From the IMG/VR virus record IMGVR_UViG_3300031867_000002, positions 160,633-224,632 of that record: 64,000 nt of DNA; one strand, given 5' to 3'. Each line of letters opens with the position of its first letter. Position 1 is the first letter of the stretch. The DNA comes from a virus (Duplodnaviria; Caudoviricetes). The notes beneath the pieces are model-generated. The model made no database searches, was not told the origin of the DNA, and worked only from the letters and a program-made list of their open reading frames with translations. Below are positions 19,586-29,700 of this stretch, piece after piece. The translations under genes were made by a program, and so were the position numbers.

Positions 19586-21145
19586 TTACCACCATTTTGA
19601 ATTTGGAAGATTATCTAAATCTATTCTCTCAAAAGGCATACCTCCAAATTCTTCAAGACGTTTATACATTATATTGAATGCAGTATTCTTTAACTGAGCT
19701 TGAGTAAATACTACATCTCTACAATCTAATGCATACTTTTCAAACATAGGATAGGACTGTTTATAATAGTTACTGATTACTCTAAGAGAAGTATCTACCA
19801 CATCTATATAGTAACTATTATAAGCACGTGTTCTGCCAAATCTTTGTTTATTCTGTGGAGGGGATTTAGTAGGTTCTGCCATATTTACACATACCATTAA
19901 ATCAGGTATATCTACAGCAGCACCAGCAGATTTAGAAGTGGTTAATATAAAAGTCTTATCTTTCGCAGCAGACTTATTCTCATTGATAGAAGTAAAAATA
20001 CCTATATCATTTTGAATCTCAGAATAGTTATATAATAACCATTGATAAAAGAATACTATAGAATTATTTGTGGCAAAGAAGAACATCTTCTTTCCTGGAA
20101 TATGATATATCATATCCATAACTATTCTAGCAATGAAATCGAAGTTTTCTTTCTGTACAACTATATCTGCATACGTTTGTTTATTAAACCCATATTTGTT
20201 TTGACACATATTAATCTCTTGAACCGTAAATCCGCTCTTATATCTAAGCGAAATATAATGAGTATGAGGGTCAGATTCTGGGTCAAACAAATCTAACATC
20301 GGAATATTCTTAAAATAAATTTGATAGATTCTATTCTCATTACTTTCTCCACGAACAGGAGTAGCAGTAAGATATAAAGTTCTATATATAGATGAAGCAT
20401 AATCTATATGATATATATTATCAAAATTCAAATGTGCTTCATCTATAATCTTAAGACCTATACCAAGTTTTCTAAACAAATAATCTATAGAATCCCATCC
20501 GTGTTCGTTAGCATATGATAATAACGTAGCGTGAGTTACTGTATATAACTTATACTTATCATATACAATATCATCTTTAGATAAAATATTATTGATGTCT
20601 GATGAACCTTCTATAGAATGAATCTCAGAAGATAACATGTTAGTGTGTTCAATAAAACGTGTTCTCCATTGAGATAACCATTCATTAGAAGTAGTAATTA
20701 TAATAGTCTTGACATTCAATAGCGCTGTATAGACAATTCCAAGATATGTCTTACCAGCACCAGTATCAAGAGCTAAAAACAATTGAGAGTATTTCTTTGT
20801 AAAGCTATAATTACCACTACCAGATAAGAAGTTTATAGCTTGAGATTGTTTATCATCTTTAGGAGGATACTTAATAAGAATTTGATTAAGGTTCTGTCTA
20901 GGCTTAATAAAAGAGTTATCGTAGAAAGCATTATAGCCCATCATTTTTTCTAGATAGGCTATATCTAATCCTCTTGGAATAGTCAATGTTTTAGCTCTTC
21001 TATCATATAAAGCTGCAACTGTTTTATATGTGTGAGTCACTTTATCAAATACTTCAAAAGAACTATCTAATCCAGGACAGTCACCATATACATAATCATT
21101 GATAACGATTTTATTGTTATATACAACAATCTTTCTATTATCCAT
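19586..21145 (-). CDS. Superfamily 2 helicase (UvsW-like)
   Basis: Walker A LDTGAGKT, IIDEAH, LTATP and QRFGRTR motifs. Confidence 0.85.
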   Translation of the reverse strand: MDNRKIVVYNNKIVINDYVYGDCPGLDSSFEVFDKVTHTYKTVAALYDRRAKTLTIPRGLDIAYLEKMMGYNAFYDNSFIKPRQNLNQILIKYPPKDDKQSQAINFLSGSGNYSFTKKYSQLFLALDTGAGKTYLGIVYTALLNVKTIIITTSNEWLSQWRTRFIEHTNMLSSEIHSIEGSSDINNILSKDDIVYDKYKLYTVTHATLLSYANEHGWDSIDYLFRKLGIGLKIIDEAHLNFDNIYHIDYASSIYRTLYLTATPVRGESNENRIYQIYFKNIPMLDLFDPESDPHTHYISLRYKSGFTVQEINMCQNKYGFNKQTYADIVVQKENFDFIARIVMDMIYHIPGKKMFFFATNNSIVFFYQWLLYNYSEIQNDIGIFTSINENKSAAKDKTFILTTSKSAGAAVDIPDLMVCVNMAEPTKSPPQNKQRFGRTRAYNSYYIDVVDTSLRVISNYYKQSYPMFEKYALDCRDVVFTQAQLKNTAFNIMYKRLEEFGGMPFERIDLDNLPNSKWW

Positions 21146-21195
21146 ATTATCACCTCACATAAAATTAGGAGCCCCACGTAGTAGGGCTCCATTGT

Positions 21196-23412
21196 TTAAT
21201 CTCCCATATACTTAAATAAACCATCCATACTATCTTCAGAATTATTGACAACTGGTTCGTTATTAATAAACTTCTGAGGTTGTACCATATACATTAAGTC
21301 GTAAGGAGATGGCTTGTGTTTTCTGAAACTTAGAGGGCTATAAAGCATTCTAGCAATATTCTCGGATTGCATTGCAATCGTAATACTAGGATGTGTCATT
21401 ACAGCTTTCTTAAGAGTAAGAATCTGATAATTAGTCTGATTAGGAACACTCCAATCAGGCATTTCAATAATATCAGTCTTATCTCTAATCTGATTCATAA
21501 TAATAATCTCTAAATGAACAGACATAATATGGTCTAATCCAATATTATTAAGTCTATCAGATAAAGCTTTAAGGAATGACTCAGCTGTATAAGAATCTGT
21601 ATTAGCTTTAAGGTCAATAACTTTAATTACAGATTCAAGGCGTTCAGACATATCATCATTATGAATTCCTACATCGAATAACGGAGAATTATCATCTTCA
21701 AGTAATACAGATACAGGGATATCAATATCTTCATTATTATCTGCAAGATTCTTCAGTTCAATATAATCATTAAGCCAATCTGTAAGATATAAGTTATCCA
21801 TATTAGATGTCTTAATTGTTATAGTTTCATTAGAACCATGCTTTTGAAGATAGAATACATTGATATAATTCATAGAATCTTCTATATTAAAGTCATCATT
21901 ATCATCGTCATCGCCATCATCTAAAGATGCAATAACTTCTTCTTGAATATCTCCGTCTTTAATAATAAGATGCCATTTCTTGAAATCAGGAATATTAGGA
22001 TTGATAAAGATAGTGCCTTCATCTATAATAATATACTTAGCAATTTCTTCTTCAGACATAATAGAAGTATCAAAAGTTACACCATCAATCTTCGCCTCAA
22101 GAAGATGTTTAGCTGACAACATCATTTGAGTTAAGCGTTCTGTTAAGTTTGTAACGCTGTAAACACCAATGTTAGTTGCTGGTACAATATTATAAAGTTC
22201 ACCCATACATCTTCTACAGATACCTCTACCATTAGCTGCAGATAAACACTTAATTGGGGAACGTAGATAAATTACTTTACCAATAAGGTCTTGATTTTCT
22301 TTTACTACTCTATATACATTACCAAGACGATGTTCAATTCCCATAGGGTCAATACGATACCATCTATCAGCAATTTTCTTAAGAGCAGTTTCATCTTCTA
22401 CATAATATTCAAGAAAGTTACGAGTACCACAATCATATCCAGGGTCAATATTGTCTGAATAAGGTATTGTATACTTTCTTGTAGTAGCACAATTTAAAAT
22501 CATAATTCTAGAGAAATGTCCTGAACGAGAAGTATTCTTCTTAGAAAGATTCTGTGCAATACGAGCAATAAGAGATTCCAATATATGAAATGCTACATTA
22601 TTTGCTCCTCCTGAGATATAAGATGTGTTTACAACATAAGGGAATACGCCGCCTTCACCATTAGGTTTAACTCCAATATTGATATACATCTCACGAGCCT
22701 GTTTAGGCTTAACACCTTCTTTAGCTCTAAATGCATCTGATAAGCAATGGTCTCTACCAATATATTGTTTAGCATTTACAATATAATCAATAAGACGATT
22801 CATATCATTAAGAGCTTCTTGATTCATTTGTTCTGGCGGAAATTGTGCATAGTAATTCTGATTATGTCTATCCATAATTTCTTTAAAACCAGGACAACTA
22901 TAATACATAAGGATAAAGTCTTCCATATTGATACTATTATTAAAGTACCACGCAAATTTGTCTACAAATTTCAAATCTCTTAAACTATCATAGATAGTTC
23001 GATTAAGATTATGAATAAGCATTCTATCTGCTGCATTATTAGAAGCTTGGTCTCTTACAGGCATAATAGCATATTTATCAATATAAGATTTGATATACGC
23101 ATTTGTAATGCCTTTCTTGTTAAAGAACAAATGTTTAGGTTTAATTGTCTGATTAGTCTTTACAATAAAACCCCATACGATAATGTTAATAAGTGCATAT
23201 GCTGGTGGAAGATTAACACTCATACCATTATCAAATATGAATGTTACCTTTGTTTTCTGGACTGTAGGATTCTCAATATAATCCAGAAATACATCTTTCA
23301 AATCGTTTTGAAACTCATTAATAGTTTCTTGTGTGATATCTGCTGTTTTAATAACAACAGGTTGTCCAGTAATTAGTGGTGTAAAAACACCATAGTCATA
23401 AGTTGTAGTCAT
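21196..23412 (-). CDS. Phage multisubunit RNA polymerase beta' C-terminal subunit (probably non-virion RNAP)
   Basis: Bridge helix SKKNTSRSGHFSR, Zn site RSPIKC...GICRRCMG, trigger loop LTERLTQMMLSAKH and HLEIIIMNQ. No NADFDGD, so beta' is split. Preceded by an early-type promoter (23469-23485). Confidence 0.85.
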   Translation of the reverse strand: MTTTYDYGVFTPLITGQPVVIKTADITQETINEFQNDLKDVFLDYIENPTVQKTKVTFIFDNGMSVNLPPAYALINIIVWGFIVKTNQTIKPKHLFFNKKGITNAYIKSYIDKYAIMPVRDQASNNAADRMLIHNLNRTIYDSLRDLKFVDKFAWYFNNSINMEDFILMYYSCPGFKEIMDRHNQNYYAQFPPEQMNQEALNDMNRLIDYIVNAKQYIGRDHCLSDAFRAKEGVKPKQAREMYINIGVKPNGEGGVFPYVVNTSYISGGANNVAFHILESLIARIAQNLSKKNTSRSGHFSRIMILNCATTRKYTIPYSDNIDPGYDCGTRNFLEYYVEDETALKKIADRWYRIDPMGIEHRLGNVYRVVKENQDLIGKVIYLRSPIKCLSAANGRGICRRCMGELYNIVPATNIGVYSVTNLTERLTQMMLSAKHLLEAKIDGVTFDTSIMSEEEIAKYIIIDEGTIFINPNIPDFKKWHLIIKDGDIQEEVIASLDDGDDDDNDDFNIEDSMNYINVFYLQKHGSNETITIKTSNMDNLYLTDWLNDYIELKNLADNNEDIDIPVSVLLEDDNSPLFDVGIHNDDMSERLESVIKVIDLKANTDSYTAESFLKALSDRLNNIGLDHIMSVHLEIIIMNQIRDKTDIIEMPDWSVPNQTNYQILTLKKAVMTHPSITIAMQSENIARMLYSPLSFRKHKPSPYDLMYMVQPQKFINNEPVVNNSEDSMDGLFKYMGD

Positions 23413-23489
23413 AGCTATACCTCCAATATATTGATTATTTGATAGTTTTTGACTATGTCATTCTCTATCAATATAATAATATATCAATG

Positions 23490-23591
23490 AGAAAAAAGTT
23501 GCGGGTGAACTTAATCACCCGCATTTTGAGAAAGGAACCAATTATGATAGATAATATTATACCTAGTCACGTCACCCTTTACATAACTATT
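23490..23591 (-). ncRNA. Candidate late sRNA-2 (one anti-SD/anti-AUG module)
   Basis: AACA taagaa TAA promoter (23590-23602); CAT-AATTGG-TTCCTTTC immediately before terminator TGCGGGTGA/TCACCCGCA with U tract. Confidence 0.45.
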
Positions 23592-23603
23592 ATTCTTATG
23601 TTA

Positions 23604-24065
23604 TTAGTTTCTTGTCTTAGACATTTCTTTAGGCTGCATCTTTTTGACATTCTGATTACCTTTAATGCCTTGACCAGAAACATAAGCACGTTGTCCTTTA
23701 CGAGCAGCCATCTGAGCTTTATTAGCATACTTCTTCTTAATAGCAGCAAGAAGCTTTCTTTCTACAATACGATTCTTAACAAGTTTCTTCCAAAGAGAAT
23801 CGTTATTATCCTTAGCAAGCTGAAGTGCAGCCATACCAGTTCTACGAGTTAGGTCATCATTCTTATTAAGACGAACTAAAGTTTTTCTGCTAATCTTATT
23901 TGCTTCGAGAAGAACATCAGCTGTTTCAAGAAGTTCACGCTTGTCTTCATCAGAATCGGAATAGTGGTCATCATAGAAAAATGCTTCGAGAAGCTCATCC
24001 ATATTAAGTTCCATTTCAACCTCACGTGCGGCATCAATGGTATTAGGATTTGTATAAAGTCCCAT
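23604..24065 (-). CDS. Small head-internal protein candidate (acidic propeptide + basic mature part)
   Basis: MGLYTNP N-terminus, LLE-T/LLE-A sites, then a K/R-rich domain; late promoter at 24150-24162. Confidence 0.6.
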   Translation of the reverse strand: MGLYTNPNTIDAAREVEMELNMDELLEAFFYDDHYSDSDEDKRELLETADVLLEANKISRKTLVRLNKNDDLTRRTGMAALQLAKDNNDSLWKKLVKNRIVERKLLAAIKKKYANKAQMAARKGQRAYVSGQGIKGNQNVKKMQPKEMSKTRN

Positions 24066-24255
24066 GAGAATATCCTCCTTTTAAAATATAAAATATAATT
24101 GCAATTAGATTTTATTTGTATATGAGTAATCATACACTTAGGTCTTTCATTATATAATTGTTCTGTTTTTAAACTACGAATAACAAATTTATAATAGTCG
24201 ACTATTAAACGTAATCATATGATAATGAGTAAGCTGATGAAAGGAAGTTATTATT

Positions 24256-26355
24256 ATGGCTGATATTACACAAATGATTCAAAGTGAAACTTCTGATATT
24301 TATAGACAGGAAGTGCTTGAAGCTCTTAGATTAACTTTTCCAGGTTTATATGAACATGAACTTGTAGAAGCAATTAATTATTCTATTATGAAGCGAGGTA
24401 ATGATACACCCGCTGTATTAGATAACAATTATACCAAAGCAAAAGAACAGACTACTTTATGGCAAGTAACAGATTATATCATGAGTAGAGAGCCTATCAT
24501 CACAGTAAGTGGTGTTATGTTTAAAAAGCATGGTTCTGTTCCTAACCCATTTGTAATGCTTATTCAGGAGTTTCTCAAACAAAGAGGATACTATAAAGAC
24601 AAAATGTTTATGTATCCTAAGGGTAGTGAGAACTTCGAGAAATATAATATCTTACAATCATCAGAAAAGCAATCAGGTAATGCAATGTATGGTGCATCTG
24701 GTAATCATACTTCAATCTTCTATAATCTTTATGTTGCGCAGTCTATTACAATGCAAGGTAGAAGTTGTATTGCTGCAGCAATTATGTTGTTTGAAGCTAC
24801 AATGGCAAATAATGTTAAGTTCAGTAGTCTTAATGAAGTAATCACTTTTATCAATAACGTAAGAAGAGAACCTATGGGTATGTATCCAGACGACTTTATT
24901 ATTGATAAAGATAAAGTACCAAATGTAGAAGAGGTATTCTTTAAGATTATTTATAGTAGTGGTTTCTATTGGATTCCTACTGAAAAAGAAATGACTTTGA
25001 TTTGGGATATCTTGAATCGTTGTACTCAGCATGAACTGAATAAGTTGTTCTATAAGAATAATCTGTTCTGGTTTGTAGATAATACAGTGGTTATAAATAA
25101 GATTATTCAGATTCTTTCTACACTTGATGTACCGTTTATTGACCCGAATAAACCACCTCAGGAAGTTAAGGATATGATGGATGAACTCTATCAGATGATT
25201 TATGAATGGGTATATTATGATAAACAGTATATGGATAGAATTGATAGAACAGAGAATATGTATCGTTGTGTATCTATGCTGACAGATACAGATAGCTGCT
25301 TTATTAGTTTTGATGGTTGGTATCGTTATATTCTCGATAAGACATTTAATATTCCTATGAAGATTAAAGAGATTGAGATTGATGAAAAGACCGCAGAAGT
25401 TAAACCAGCATTTGAAACAAGATACGATTATGACTTCTATAAAGATGAAGTTATTGAAATGCAGGATTATGTACGTCCAGATGTAATTACACCTCAGGTA
25501 GGATTCCGTTGTTCTATTATTAATATCTTAGCTAGTATCATGGGAAAACTTGCTATTGATTATATGGGTAAGTATTCTGATAATAGTAATAGCACAACTT
25601 GTCATGATGGTTCTAAACGTAAGAGCTTCTTTATTCTTAAGAATGAATTCCAGCTTAAGCGTGCCTTGATTACAGATGGAAAAAAGAATTATTGTGCATA
25701 TCAAGAACGTCAAGAATCTAGTATTATTCCAAAAGAAAAAGCGCTTGCGATTACTGGTATGCCTATTAAGAAAGTTGGTGTTCCAGATAGTACTAAAGCA
25801 GCTCTTCAAAGAATTCTTATGGAAAATATTCTTGATAATCCAGGTCAGATTTCTCAAGTAGAGATTGTTAAACAACTTGCAATCCTTGAAAAACAAATTG
25901 TTCAAGCTATTCATGATGGTTCTAAAGAATACTTTAAACCAGAAAGAATCAAAGCTATAATGGCATATGATAATCCTATGAGAGAATCTGGTATTAAAGC
26001 ATCTGTAGTTTATAATGAACTTAAGGATGACAATGAAGAACCTATTGATTTAACAACAAGAAATAGCATTCTTAATATTAAGATTGATATTAATAAAAAG
26101 AATGTAGAAACTCTTAAAGAAAAGTATCCTCATATATATGAGAAAGCTGTAGCACTTATGCAGAAAAAAGAATTTGTTAAGGGTATTACAGGTATTGCTA
26201 TTCTTGAAGATAAAGTTGTTCCTGAGTGGGTTAAGGACTATATTGATTATACAACGATAGTAAACGATAATCTTCATACGTTCCCATGTGAAGCTATAGG
26301 TATTGACAGAAGAGAAAAAGATGCTATTAACTATACTAACATTTTAAGATTATAA
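24256..26355 (+). CDS. Family-B DNA polymerase, C-terminal subunit (motifs B and C)
   Basis: QSSEKQSGNAMYG (KxxxNxxYG), LTDTDS and KKNY motifs; promoter AACA aattta TAA (24182-24194). Confidence 0.85.
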   Translation: MADITQMIQSETSDIYRQEVLEALRLTFPGLYEHELVEAINYSIMKRGNDTPAVLDNNYTKAKEQTTLWQVTDYIMSREPIITVSGVMFKKHGSVPNPFVMLIQEFLKQRGYYKDKMFMYPKGSENFEKYNILQSSEKQSGNAMYGASGNHTSIFYNLYVAQSITMQGRSCIAAAIMLFEATMANNVKFSSLNEVITFINNVRREPMGMYPDDFIIDKDKVPNVEEVFFKIIYSSGFYWIPTEKEMTLIWDILNRCTQHELNKLFYKNNLFWFVDNTVVINKIIQILSTLDVPFIDPNKPPQEVKDMMDELYQMIYEWVYYDKQYMDRIDRTENMYRCVSMLTDTDSCFISFDGWYRYILDKTFNIPMKIKEIEIDEKTAEVKPAFETRYDYDFYKDEVIEMQDYVRPDVITPQVGFRCSIINILASIMGKLAIDYMGKYSDNSNSTTCHDGSKRKSFFILKNEFQLKRALITDGKKNYCAYQERQESSIIPKEKALAITGMPIKKVGVPDSTKAALQRILMENILDNPGQISQVEIVKQLAILEKQIVQAIHDGSKEYFKPERIKAIMAYDNPMRESGIKASVVYNELKDDNEEPIDLTTRNSILNIKIDINKKNVETLKEKYPHIYEKAVALMQKKEFVKGITGIAILEDKVVPEWVKDYIDYTTIVNDNLHTFPCEAIGIDRREKDAINYTNILRL

Positions 26356-26370
26356 AAAATAAACTAAAAA

Positions 26371-26400
26371 TAAGGGCGCTCTCTGACAGCGCCCTTCTTT
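26371..26400. terminator. Bidirectional terminator
   Basis: AAGGGCGCT/AGCGCCCTT stem; near-twin of the terminator at 48010-48036. Confidence 0.8.
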
Positions 26401-26592
26401 TTATTTGATATTGTACTTTTCTTTGAGTGTGGGAATTGCTTCCTCACATTCTTTCTTTGTTCCAGCAAAGACTATTTTCACATAATGATTTTCTTGCTGG
26501 GAATAAACAGTTGTTCCACAATCAGAAACCCCATAAGTAATTCTCAAGCTTCTAATTGTTCCGTACAGTGCAATATATACTCCATATAACAT
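26401..26592 (-). CDS. Small early protein cassette
   Basis: 63 aa, GGAGG RBS, early-type promoter at 26647-26663, own terminator. Confidence 0.65.
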   Translation of the reverse strand: MLYGVYIALYGTIRSLRITYGVSDCGTTVYSQQENHYVKIVFAGTKKECEEAIPTLKEKYNIK

Positions 26593-26743
26593 AATATGTC
26601 CTCCAGAGGTCGTGGACTTTATAATCGTATACGATAACCTCTATTCTACCTAAATAATATATAAGTATCATAGTTAACTTTTACAATCACTACATTCTGA
26701 CCAGCTCAACATATACATAATTAAGCTTGAAAGGAGGAATCGT

Positions 26744-29700
26744 ATGTCTATTAAAGTACAAAAGTATCTTGCTAACTTAGGCAAATCGGTTGCTTATACT
26801 ACTGCAGATGTATTGTCTGAGAAGTTTACTTATGTAAATGACTTTAAGAATGAAAATCAAGAAGTCTTTAAAGAAGCATATCATTCTATTAAAGATTATA
26901 GAACTACATTTGCTAGAATTAAAAAGACTATTACTGATAATAAAGTAATGGATGCTGCTAGAGTTGGCTTTGATTCTATTGTGTATAGTGTTACTACTGG
27001 TGACTTCTATGCTAAGAATAAAGAGCAGGAAGTTATGAATAAATACGGCGGTAACATGATGCAAGGTATGGACATCGATGATGATGACTTTGATTTCGGT
27101 AATGAAGATGTTACTGATGGTGATAAGGTTATTGCTACTGCTGTTAAAAAGAACAGTAAGTTACAAACTGCTATTACTACAGAAGCTATCGTCAAAACTG
27201 GCAAAGCTCAAATGGATGTTTCTAAAGAGAATACAATGTTACTGTATACTCAAAATGAGCGTCTTATAAATAAACTTGATGGTGGATTGCAAAACATCAC
27301 TGGTTTCTTAAAACAGAATGCAGAGCAGACTGCAAAAGTACAAAATCAGATGAATGAAAATCTCAACAAGTTTATGGCTAATGTAGATAATAACGTTGCT
27401 AAACTCACTAAGCAGATGGATGAGTTACTCGAAATGCAGCGTAATTTATATGCTAAACAAACTCAAGACCAGAATCAAAAGAAAAAAATAGGTTATGATG
27501 ATATCATCGGTAGAGGTGGTGTAATCAATCTTAAGGAATATGGTAAGTATATAGGAAGAAATGCTAGTAATGAATTAATGCAGGCTATCCCAGGTCTCAA
27601 TATGTTACTCGGTGATGGAGGTATTGAAGGTTCTAACTTACTTGCTACAATGCTTGCTAACCCTGGTAGAGAATTATCTAAGGTTGTTGTTAATAAAGCA
27701 CTAGGAAAGAGTTTTGACCAAGCATCAAAGGCTCTTAATAAAACTCTTGAAAATCTTGTTCCTTCTCTTATTGCTAAAGCTAATGCTGCAGCAAAGAAAG
27801 AAGATGCTGGTTTAGCTGGTCTATTAGGTAAGATTCTTGGAATTAAAACTGGTTCTAATGAATCTGTAGACCCTAATAAATATGTCAAAGGTGCTATTCC
27901 TTTTGATGGTATTACTAAAAAGGCTATTGTAGATGTAATCCCTTATTATCTTCGTAAAATGACATCTGCTATGACAGGTGGCGAAGAGATGACATTTGAT
28001 TATGCTACAGGTAGATGGACTAGTATGAAGTCTGCTAAGAAAGCATATGATAATATTACTACATCTGCTCAACGTAACACTGAATCTCTCATTAAAGGTA
28101 CTATTCAAGCTGGTACTGGTAGAAGTTTTGACTCTATGTATAAATCTAAAGATGAGTATGATAGAGCTAATACAGCAGTCCAATCTCTTGCTCTTAAACT
28201 TCAAGCCGCAGGTGATTTTGGTTCTCTTAGAGAATCTGATTTAACTTCTCCAGAAAAAGCTATCTACACATCTATGAAGAAGATTTTCCAGCGTAGTGAA
28301 CATTATCGTTATGAAAAAGATGATAATGGAAGACTTAAGATGAGAAGAGGATTCAATGGTCCAGATATATCTGCAATTGATGGACAACTACTTGAAATTC
28401 TCAGAAGTCAAAATAGTGCTATTAAGCAGCTTAATGAGCAAGGTGGTATTGCAATGCTCGCTGCTATGGAAGGTATTACTGGAGATGCTAAGTCATATCA
28501 TGGTAAGAGTTATGTAGACGCTAAGGGTGATATGAATGAAAGACATATTCAAGAAATGCCTACTGCTCAGGTTCTTTTAAGAGCTAAAGATGAATATGGC
28601 GTTACACTATATCAATATCTTAGAAGTATGGGACATAGCCTTAATTATATTAAAAAATATTCCACTTATTTACAAACATTACCTTTCATTAATAATGGAT
28701 TAAATCCTAATCCTCCTGGTAGCGGTGGTGGTGGTAATCCTAGTGGTACACCACCAACATTAGATATGCCAACATCAAATGATGGCTTTGTTGATTATGG
28801 TAATAATGCAAAAGACGATAAATATGCATCTAGATATTATGAGCAGCTGGAAAGAAAAGCTAAAGACAAAGCTAAAGAAAGCTTTGAATCTAATATAAAA
28901 AGAGTAGAAGAACAGGCACGTAAAAAAGGTAAGTCTGTTAGTTTCGTAACTGATTCTTATAATTATCAATCTGAAGGTGAACAGATTGGTATGTCTCGTC
29001 TAGTATCCGATTACTACGGTGAAGGTGGACAATATGAAACTGAGTTCAAACTGAATCAGCAGAAAGAGGATGATAAGAAAGAAAAAGAAAAGTGGAAGAA
29101 AATGGAAGAGCTTATTGGTAAAGAAAATACTGATAAGCTTAAAAAAGCCACCGATAAATATGATAAAGATAAGGGCTTAATGGAGAACTTATCTAAAGCT
29201 ACTGGCACTACAGAGAAACTTGCTATTGCAGCTAAATGGTTTACTCAAAAGACTAACTTTGCTGTTATGGATAAAGTAACTGGCACCATTGTAAAGACAG
29301 ATGCTTGGCTACGTAATCTTATTTATGGTGAAGATTTGAAAGCTGATGACCAGAAAAAGTCTCTCTGGCAATTAATGAAAGACCATACATCTGACTTCTT
29401 CAAAAATGTTCAGAAACAAATTGGAGAGCTTTTTAGTCCGATTAAGAAGTACTATGATGAGAAAATAAAGCCTCATGTAGACAAAGTTAAAAAGAAAATC
29501 TTTGGTGACGTAGACTCTGAAGGTAATATCTTAGAAGAGGGTGTACTCTCTCATTTTACATCTGGATTCCGTAAAGGTATGGCTAAAAATAGAGATGATG
29601 TACATGCTATGTGGAAGAAGGAAATTGAAGAAGCTAAGAGATTAGGAGATAAAATAACTAATTCGGAATCGTCTTCTAATTCTAGTGATAGTTCATCTAG

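Noticed and set aside
23439-23852. Plus-strand 137-aa ORF with a good RBS at ATG 23544
   Set aside because: Mostly antisense to a well-supported gene and no plus-strand promoter is seen. It is kept only as an alternative explanation for sRNA-2.
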